Shown: piece after piece, positions 22,369 to 28,424 of the stretch
Layout of the letters: every line of letters begins with the position of its first letter
How positions within the stretch are numbered: position 1 is the stretch's first letter
NCBI RefSeq assembly: GCF_900289195.1
Contig: NZ_OMOH01000010.1
Coordinates: 53,235-85,234, forward strand
Source of the DNA: Propionibacterium ruminifibrarum
Lineage (GTDB): Bacteria; Actinomycetota; Actinomycetes; Propionibacteriales; Propionibacteriaceae
Reading direction: 5' to 3'
Length of the DNA: 32,000 nucleotides
Notes under the pieces: generated by a model
The model's database searches: none
What the model saw: only the letters and a program-made list of their open reading frames with translations
What the model was told of the DNA's origin: nothing
Made by a program: the position numbers and the translations under genes

Positions 22369-22896
22369 TCAGCCGAGGCCCCGGGACCGGACGAAGGCCT
22401 CGGCCCGGTCGAGGCGCTCGGCGCCGAAGACCTGGAGCAGGTCGGCGATCTCCGCGCTGAGCGGGCGGACGAGTTCGGCCGCCCGCAGGTAGTCCGAGGC
22501 CGAGGCGGTGGCGCGGAAGAGTTCCTGCACCTGGCTGGCCGTCGTCCGGTGCAGGTGGGTGGTCAGTGTCGTGGCGGAGATCTCGGTGGCGTTGTCGGCC
22601 TCCAGCTGCCCGAGTGCGGCGGCGACGGTGAGGCGCCCCTCGCGCACGTCGGAGGCCAGCGTGACCATGCGGGTCAGGCGGGCGGCGGCGACCGGGTTCG
22701 CGATCTTGATGCGGCGGGCGTTGATGAGCTGGGAGAGCATGGGGGCCGAGATGCCCAGCAGCCGGGCGAGCCCGGCCTGGTTCAGCCCCAGCGTCGCCCC
22801 GCACTGGCCGAGTACGTCGGCCAGTGGCGCCCCGTAGAGGGCGGCCTGCTGGGCGCGGACCTCCTCCTGCGTGCGGACTTCCTCGGGACCGGCCAT
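22369..22896 (-). CDS. XRE-type helix-turn-helix DNA-binding protein with an uncharacterised helical C-terminal domain
   Basis: HTH segment GATLGLNQAGLARLLGISAPMLSQLINARR (aa 33-62). 175 aa. ATG preceded by TATGAT + 6 nt. Confidence 0.75.
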   Translation of the reverse strand: MAGPEEVRTQEEVRAQQAALYGAPLADVLGQCGATLGLNQAGLARLLGISAPMLSQLINARRIKIANPVAAARLTRMVTLASDVREGRLTVAAALGQLEADNATEISATTLTTHLHRTTASQVQELFRATASASDYLRAAELVRPLSAEIADLLQVFGAERLDRAEAFVRSRGLG

Positions 22897-22902
22897 GCGG
22901 TC

Positions 22903-22908
22903 ATCATA
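22903..22908 (-). promoter_or_regulatory. -10-like TATGAT, 6 nt upstream of HTH-gene ATG
   Basis: Minus strand reads gcTATGATgaccgcATG. Confidence 0.5.
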
Positions 22909-22911
22909 GCG

Positions 22912-22930
22912 GCAATTTGCTGCAAAGTGC
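22912..22930. promoter_or_regulatory. Imperfect dyad GCAATTTGC-T-GCAAAGTGC in the HTH gene promoter
   Basis: 8/9 arm complementarity in an AT-rich island within GC-rich DNA, directly upstream of the TATGAT -10. Shares the 9-mer GCAAAGTGC with 24256-24264. Confidence 0.5.
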
Positions 22931-22959
22931 AGCGGGGCGTTCGCTCGTGGCGGCGGATC

Positions 22960-24186
22960 TCACAGGGCCAGGATGATGGCGGCCACGATGCACAGCACGC
23001 CGCCGGCGACCACCAGGATCGGGGCGATGCGCGCCGCACCGGATCTCGTGCCGGAAGCCGAGTGGGCGGGGACGGTTGCCGGGGTCTGTGCCGCTCCCGC
23101 CGGGGGCCCGCCCATGGGCGGCATCGCCTCGGGCGCCGGGCCCGGCGGAACGGGCGCGGGAGCAGGGGGGTAGGCGGGCGCGGGCATGGGCTCCGGCGTG
23201 GGGCCCGTGACCCACTGGGCAGGCACGCCGACCTGCCGCCCCTGGTCGGATGGCGGCTCGACCTCGGCCCTGGCCGGGGGCGGGGAGTAGAACTCGTCCA
23301 GGCCGCCAGGGCTCTGGGGGCTCGGCGGGCCCGGGTCCTGGACGCCGGCCCCGATGGGGCCCTGGGGCCCCCATCCCGCCGGCAGGGGCCCGATCTGGTC
23401 GAAGACCTCGACGGGTTCACCGGTCGAGGTCTCGGGGATGACGGCCGCGAGCTCCTGCCAGGCCTGGGCGGCGCTGGGGACCCTGGCCGGGAGCTCGGCG
23501 AGCAGGTGCGCCATGACCTCCCCCAGCGGGGTGCCGGCGAACCGGGCGGGCACCCGGGCCGCCTCTTCCTGGTCGGGACGCTCCCCGGTGAGCAGTTCGA
23601 TGAGAACGGTGCCCACCGCGTAGAGGTCCTGGGCGGGTTCGGGGTCGGCGCCGTAGCGTGCCTCGGGCGACATGTAGCCGGGTGTGCCGATCACCTGCGT
23701 CACCCGGGTCAGGCGGGGTTCGGCAATGGGGGCGGCGGTGCCGAAGTCGGACAGGACGATGTCGGGCACGACGCCGGGGCGCAGCAGGATGTTGGCCGGT
23801 TTCACGTCGCGGTGCACGAGCCCGGCCGAGTGGATGACGTGGAGGGCCTCGAGCAACTGGCCGATGGCCGGCAGCACCCAGGCCTGCGGCAGCGGGCCGT
23901 AGTCGCGCAGCAGGCCCGCCGCCGAACCGCCGTGCACCAGCGGCATGGCGAAGATGATGCGGTCGTCCTCTCCCGCCCAGCCGCTCGGCGCGAGGACGTG
24001 CGGGTGCTCGAAGCGCCAGCGGGCCTCGCGCATGAATCGCAGCAGCGAGGTCGAGTCGGACTGGCGGAGCACCTTCCCGGCACGGTAGCCGCCGTCCCGG
24101 TGGTCCCAGACGCGCCAGACGTCACCCATGCCACCCGTCCCGAGCAGGTCGACGAGTTCATAGCGTCCGGCGAAGATCTCTCCCAT
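22960..24186 (-). CDS. Hanks-type Ser/Thr protein kinase, C-terminally tail-anchored, no extracellular domain
   Basis: G-loop LGTGGMGDVW, Lys in YRAGKVL, HRDVKPANILL, SDFG, GTPGYMSPE, then a ~120-aa Pro-rich linker and terminal TM IAPILVVAGGVLCIVAAIILAL-stop. Start ambiguous: ATG 24186 (MGEIFAGRYEL) or in-frame ATG 24240. The track extension to 24663 is antisense to the vWA gene. Confidence 0.88.
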   Translation of the reverse strand: MGEIFAGRYELVDLLGTGGMGDVWRVWDHRDGGYRAGKVLRQSDSTSLLRFMREARWRFEHPHVLAPSGWAGEDDRIIFAMPLVHGGSAAGLLRDYGPLPQAWVLPAIGQLLEALHVIHSAGLVHRDVKPANILLRPGVVPDIVLSDFGTAAPIAEPRLTRVTQVIGTPGYMSPEARYGADPEPAQDLYAVGTVLIELLTGERPDQEEAARVPARFAGTPLGEVMAHLLAELPARVPSAAQAWQELAAVIPETSTGEPVEVFDQIGPLPAGWGPQGPIGAGVQDPGPPSPQSPGGLDEFYSPPPARAEVEPPSDQGRQVGVPAQWVTGPTPEPMPAPAYPPAPAPVPPGPAPEAMPPMGGPPAGAAQTPATVPAHSASGTRSGAARIAPILVVAGGVLCIVAAIILAL

Positions 24187-24245
24187 AACCGGTTCAGTAT
24201 CCCATAGCGCCGGTAGGGTTGACAGGTCCTGACCCAACATGAGAG

Positions 24246-24272
24246 CTTTGCAATAGCAAAGTGCTATTTGCA
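24246..24272. promoter_or_regulatory. Overlapping dyads in the kinase/vWA divergent intergenic region
   Basis: Perfect CTTTGC-AATA-GCAAAG (24246-24261), plus TGCAATAGCA-AAG-TGCTATTTGCA (24249-24272, 1-nt indel). Three TTTGC/GCAAA half sites. Contains GCAAAGTGC at 24256-24264. Confidence 0.5.
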
Positions 24273-24304
24273 GTTCTCTGTTGCACCCACCCGAAGGAAG
24301 AAGA

Positions 24305-26194
24305 ATGAACCCCAGACTGCGACATCCCCTCGTCGCACTCACCGCGCTGGCGATGATCGCCGCCCCGGCGGCCACGACGCTTCCGGTGGCGGTCGCCGAC
24401 CCGGGCACGACGAGCATGATGCTCGTCCTCGACGCCTCGGGTTCGATGGCGGCCGACGACGGCACCGGCACCCCCAAGATCGACTCGGCCCGCAAGTCGC
24501 TGACCTCCCTGGTTAACTCGCTGCCCACCGAGGCGAAGGTCGGCATGCGCGTGCTCGGCGCCACGGTCGAGGGCACCGAGCCGATGCCCGACGAGGCCTG
24601 CGACGACACCCAGCGGGTCGTCGACCTCGCCCAGAACAACCAGGCCGAGCTCATCTCGGCCATCGGCCACTACTCGCCCTACGGCTGGACGCCCATCCCC
24701 AAGGCGCTCGAGGAGGCCGGTAAGGACCTGGGCAATGACGGCAAGCGCTCCATCGTCCTCGTCTCGGACGGCGAGTCCACCTGCGGCGATCCCTGCCCCA
24801 CCGCCGAGTCCCTGGCCTCCTCCGGCGTCGACCTGACGATCGACGTCGTGGGCCTGTCGGTCGACGCGACGACGCGCGAGCAGCTGCAGTGCATCGCCGA
24901 CAAGGGCAAGGGCAAGTACTACGACGCCGACAACACCGAGGACCTCACCAAGGCCCTGCAGCAGTCGACCACCGACCGCGACGTGCGCTCCTTCGACTAC
25001 GACGGCACCGCCGTCACCGGCACCTCCAACGCCGGCAGCGCCCCCGAGCTCACCCCGGGCTACTGGAAGGACACCATCCCGGCCACCGGCAACGAGTCCG
25101 ACACCCTCACCCGCTACTACGTGGTGAAGCGCAGCGCCAAGCAGACCGACATCAGCGCCTCGGTACTCGTGACGAGCACGGCCCACGAGCAGGAACTCGA
25201 GTACACGAAGATCATGAGCACACAGCTGCTCACCGGTAACAAGACGTGCACGTCGGGCGACAGCGACTACGCGGGTTCGACCTACCCCGAGCCCTACTAC
25301 CTCTCCGGCGCCATGGCGACCGGCCACGACTACAGCGACGACTGCAACGACGCCGAGCAGCTGATCCTCAAGGTCGACCTGGAGAACTTCGACCTCAGCA
25401 GTGACCGCACACTCCAGCTCAAGGTCGGCGAGTGGCCGCGCGTCGGTGACGTCAACGAGCAGGCCTCGGCGGCCGAGACCGCCGACGAGGGCGACTTCCA
25501 GGACACGACGGGCAAGTTCGGCGGCAGCCCCACCCAGATCACCGGCGGCAGCTCGCTCGCCTCGGCGACGGGCATCGAGCAGAACAAGCTCTACCAGGCC
25601 ACCATCGTGCCCGGCGAGGTGCAGACCTTCAGCGTCCCCGTCGGTTGGGGCCAGTCGGTCTCGAGCAGCGTCAGTGTCATGCCCACCGGCGGCGAACAGG
25701 GGAAGAAACTCGACGAGCTCGACAAGAGCAACAACGAGCCGCTCATGAGTACGAACATCATCACCGGCGCGGGCAACAAGCGGGACAAGTCGACCTGCGA
25801 GGTCAGGAGCGATGGCTGCACCGCCGAGATGTCACAGCTCACCAGACCTGCGACCTATGACATGGAAAGCTCCAGTTCGAGCTCCCAGGCCGGCGCCTAC
25901 ACGGTGACCGTCGCCATGTCCGACGAGGAGGCCCTGGCCGGCTCGGAGTTCTCCTACCAGCTCTACGTGCAGACGGTCGGCGAGATCCTGCCGGCGCCGA
26001 ACTACCAGACCTACGAGGAGTCGCTCACCGCCTCGCCGTCGCCCTCCGGCTCGTCGGCGACGGCCTCCAGCAGCGCGTCCGGCTCGTCCGGGTCCTCGCG
26101 CCACTCCCTGCTGGCCGCGGCCCTGGGCAGCGTCGGCGTGCTGCTCCTCGCCGGCGGCGGCGTCGGCATCTGGTACACCCGCCGGCACCGCTGA
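24305..26194 (+). CDS. Exported von Willebrand factor A (vWA) domain protein with C-terminal membrane anchor
   Basis: ATG 24305 with GAAGGAAG Shine-Dalgarno. Sec-type signal MNPRLRHPLVALTALAMIAAPAATTLPVAVA. MIDAS residues DASGSM...GWTPI...VSDGES. About 350 aa of unassigned Ser/Thr/Asp-rich sequence, a Ser-rich stalk, TM LLAAALGSVGVLLLAGGGVGIW, and tail YTRRHR. Confidence 0.85.
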   Translation: MNPRLRHPLVALTALAMIAAPAATTLPVAVADPGTTSMMLVLDASGSMAADDGTGTPKIDSARKSLTSLVNSLPTEAKVGMRVLGATVEGTEPMPDEACDDTQRVVDLAQNNQAELISAIGHYSPYGWTPIPKALEEAGKDLGNDGKRSIVLVSDGESTCGDPCPTAESLASSGVDLTIDVVGLSVDATTREQLQCIADKGKGKYYDADNTEDLTKALQQSTTDRDVRSFDYDGTAVTGTSNAGSAPELTPGYWKDTIPATGNESDTLTRYYVVKRSAKQTDISASVLVTSTAHEQELEYTKIMSTQLLTGNKTCTSGDSDYAGSTYPEPYYLSGAMATGHDYSDDCNDAEQLILKVDLENFDLSSDRTLQLKVGEWPRVGDVNEQASAAETADEGDFQDTTGKFGGSPTQITGGSSLASATGIEQNKLYQATIVPGEVQTFSVPVGWGQSVSSSVSVMPTGGEQGKKLDELDKSNNEPLMSTNIITGAGNKRDKSTCEVRSDGCTAEMSQLTRPATYDMESSSSSSQAGAYTVTVAMSDEEALAGSEFSYQLYVQTVGEILPAPNYQTYEESLTASPSPSGSSATASSSASGSSGSSRHSLLAAALGSVGVLLLAGGGVGIWYTRRHR

Positions 26195-26222
26195 GCGATG
26201 CCACGCGACAACTGAACACACC

Positions 26223-26861
26223 TCAGACCCGAGGCCTGGCCGGCTCCTCCTCGTCGGCCAGGCCTCGCGCATGCAGGGCCTCGCCCATCGCCAGGGCACG
26301 GCCCACGGCGCCGATGACGATCGGCGTGACGAGCCGCCAGCCGGCGCGCTCGACCCCGCGCGCACGGGCGGCGTCGCGCACCTGGCGGACGCTGAGCAGC
26401 AGGCCGGGCACCGCGTTCCACATGATGGCGATGGTCAGGGCGAACTTCTCGGGTTTGGCCCCGAGGAAGCGGAACGGGCGGGCCAGGGCGGCCATGGCGT
26501 CCATGAGCACCGAGGCCGGTGTCGTGCCGGTGAGCGTGCGCGCCAGCCACAGGCACGAGAGCATGCCGGCGCAGAAGATGACGCCGTTGCGCCAGTTGAG
26601 GAAGAGACTGTCGTAGACGAGGATGAGCGCGTTCATGACGATGACGCCCAGCATCGGGTTGAGTTCGCGCGGGGGGCGCCCGGCACCGAGCACGAGGACG
26701 AGCCCGGACACGACGGCGGCCGCCACCGAGACCGGCCAGCGGCCGGCGAAGAAGGGCACGACGCCGAGTACGACGAGCAGCAGGTACTTCACCGCCACCG
26801 GCGTCCGGTGCATGAGCGAGTGGCCGGCGCGGTAGACGCCCAGGTAGTTCTCGAGCCTCAC
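26223..26861 (-). CDS. bioN: ECF transporter transmembrane (T) component, BioN/EcfT/CbiQ family
   Basis: 212-aa polytopic protein with C-terminal Ala-Arg-Gly motifs (DAARARGVE, ALHARGL). 4-nt overlap with the upstream ATPase gene. Confidence 0.85.
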   Translation of the reverse strand: MRLENYLGVYRAGHSLMHRTPVAVKYLLLVVLGVVPFFAGRWPVSVAAAVVSGLVLVLGAGRPPRELNPMLGVIVMNALILVYDSLFLNWRNGVIFCAGMLSCLWLARTLTGTTPASVLMDAMAALARPFRFLGAKPEKFALTIAIMWNAVPGLLLSVRQVRDAARARGVERAGWRLVTPIVIGAVGRALAMGEALHARGLADEEEPARPRV

Positions 26862-27589
26862 CGCCGCCCGCCCTCCTGGGCCGGCTCGGCCGTCATCTGA
26901 GCGCGGTAGCGGGCGATGATCTCGGCCGGCGGCCCGTCGGCGACAACCCGGCCGTCGTCGACGAGCAGCGCCCGGTCCATGCCGGCCGCCAGGTCCAGGT
27001 CGTGGGTGGAGCAGACGAGCTGCTGGTCCAGGGCGTCGAAGGCCCGTTCCAGGAGGATCCTGTTGCGCAGGTCGAGCAGCGTGGTCGGCTCGTCGGCGAT
27101 GACGATGGACGGCTCGACGGCCAGCACCGAGGCGAGCGCGACGAGCTGGCGCTCCCCGCCCGACAGGGTGTGGACGGAACGGTTCGCCAGGTGGGCGAGG
27201 CCGTGCTCGGCGAGCACGGCCAGCGCCCGGGTCTTCCGCTCTGCGCGGCCCTTGACGCTCGCGCGCAGGCTCAGCTCGATCTCCTCCAGGGGCGTCGCCA
27301 TGACCAGCTGGGCGCCGGGATCGGTGAACACGTGCCCCACTCTGCGACGCACTGCCCTGCCGTCCTCTGCCGGGTCGATGCCTTCGACGAGTACCTGCCC
27401 GGTGGTGGCCCTCACGAGCCCGTTGACGAGCTTGAGCAGGGTGGACTTGCCCGAGCCGTTGGCCCCGATGACGGCGATCCGACGTTCGGTCAGGCTCAGC
27501 GTGACGTCGCGCAGGATCTGAGTGGCCACCGAGGCGCCGTCGATGTCGTAGCCCTCGACGGTGACGCCTACCCCGCGGTACTCGATCAT
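26858..27589 (-). CDS. bioM: ECF transporter ATPase component (BioM/EcfA)
   Basis: Walker A GANGSGKST, ABC signature LSGGERQ, Walker B IVIADEPTTLLD. Confidence 0.92.
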   Translation of the reverse strand: MIEYRGVGVTVEGYDIDGASVATQILRDVTLSLTERRIAVIGANGSGKSTLLKLVNGLVRATTGQVLVEGIDPAEDGRAVRRRVGHVFTDPGAQLVMATPLEEIELSLRASVKGRAERKTRALAVLAEHGLAHLANRSVHTLSGGERQLVALASVLAVEPSIVIADEPTTLLDLRNRILLERAFDALDQQLVCSTHDLDLAAGMDRALLVDDGRVVADGPPAEIIARYRAQMTAEPAQEGGRR

Positions 27590-27596
27590 CCGGCCC

Positions 27597-28205
27597 TCAC
27601 CTGCTCGCGGGCATGAGCCGCGGGAAGGCCGAGAGCACGGCGACGGCGAGCAGGGCCGCGATGAGGGCCTTGACGACGTCGAACGGCAGGAACGGGGCAG
27701 TGGCGAGCAGGGCGGGACCGAGGCTCATGCGCAGATTGGGTGAGGCCATGAACCAGGCGACGCCGAAGGCGTGGATGATGACGACGCCGACGAGCGCGGC
27801 GACGAACAGCCACGCGGTGAACGCGGCCTTCGAGGGCCTGCGCCGGGCAGCGGCGGTGCGGATCGCGCCGGAGGCGAGGGCGGCGAAGATCCAGCCGATG
27901 AGGTAGCCGCCGGTGGCGCCGATGAGCACGGCCGGGCCGGACGATCCGCCGCTGAACACGGGAAGCCCCGCGACGCCGACGAGCAGGTAGAGCAGGATGG
28001 TCGCGGCCCCCCGCGTCGCGCCGAGCACGAGCGGGGCCAGCAGGACGATGATGAGATGCAGCGCGAAGGGCACGGCACCGACCGTGAAGAGGGCCGGGAT
28101 GAGGGCGAAGACGGCGATGAGGGCGGCGAAGACCGCGATGAGGGCCAAGTCGGATGCGGCGAAGCCACTGCGCCGCGCGGTGCGATTCTCAGTCCTGGTG
28201 GTCAT
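27597..28205 (-). CDS. bioY: Biotin transporter substrate-binding (S) component BioY
   Basis: From ATG 28205 (MTTRTENRTARRSGFAASDLALIAVF...), six hydrophobic helices, and BioY-like GLPVFSGGSSGPAVLIGATGGYLIGW. AGGAG Shine-Dalgarno 12 nt upstream. Confidence 0.88.
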   Translation of the reverse strand: MTTRTENRTARRSGFAASDLALIAVFAALIAVFALIPALFTVGAVPFALHLIIVLLAPLVLGATRGAATILLYLLVGVAGLPVFSGGSSGPAVLIGATGGYLIGWIFAALASGAIRTAAARRRPSKAAFTAWLFVAALVGVVIIHAFGVAWFMASPNLRMSLGPALLATAPFLPFDVVKALIAALLAVAVLSAFPRLMPASR

Positions 28206-28258
28206 TGCTGATGAACTCCTGCATGGTCTGGGCGCCCCACTGTGGTGACGCGCGACCG

Positions 28259-28264
28259 ATCGTA
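28259..28264 (-). promoter_or_regulatory. Putative bioYMN -10 box TACGAT
   Basis: TANNNT hexamer on the minus strand about 54 nt upstream of the ATG, with a TTGAAC-like -35 at 18-19 nt spacing. Confidence 0.4.
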
Positions 28265-28275
28265 CCCGACAACCC

Positions 28276-28288
28276 TGAACAGTGTTCA
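28276..28288. promoter_or_regulatory. TGAAC-N3-GTTCA palindrome (BioQ-type biotin operator candidate) upstream of bioY
   Basis: Exact TGAACAGTGTTCA, 71 nt upstream of the bioY ATG. It overlaps the -35 position (TTGAAC/TGAACA) relative to a TACGAT -10 at 28259-28264. Confidence 0.6.
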
Positions 28289-28424
28289 ATCGAGTTTCAG
28301 GCCATGTCCCCGCCCCGGAGGGGAACACGCGCCGCGGACCTGGATGCGCACCGTGACGCCGTCCTCGGCCCGAATGAGGCCGTCCTCGGCGCAGGTGCAG
28401 GCCATGAGCGCCTCGCGAGGGCAG

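Noticed and set aside
22059-22896. XRE-HTH protein plus adjacent small ORF considered as a toxin-antitoxin pair
   Set aside because: The small ORF is separated from the HTH gene by 61 nt, has its own -10 box, is translationally coupled to tlyA instead, and is acidic/helical without toxin motifs. The HTH protein (175 aa) is large for an antitoxin.
22960-26194. Kinase plus vWA considered as a cytoplasmic vWA 'ternary' conflict/defence system
   Set aside because: The PP2C phosphatase and FHA partners typical of those systems are absent, and this vWA protein has a signal peptide and a C-terminal anchor, so it is extracytoplasmic. Kept only as a low-probability alternative within the main finding.
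28206-28424. Riboswitch upstream of bioY (and upstream of the MFS gene at 11440-11819)
   Set aside because: No biotin riboswitch class is known to me, and I could not recognise any conserved riboswitch core (TPP, SAM, cobalamin, FMN and others) by eye. A protein operator explains the bioY palindrome better. An Rfam scan would be needed to be certain.
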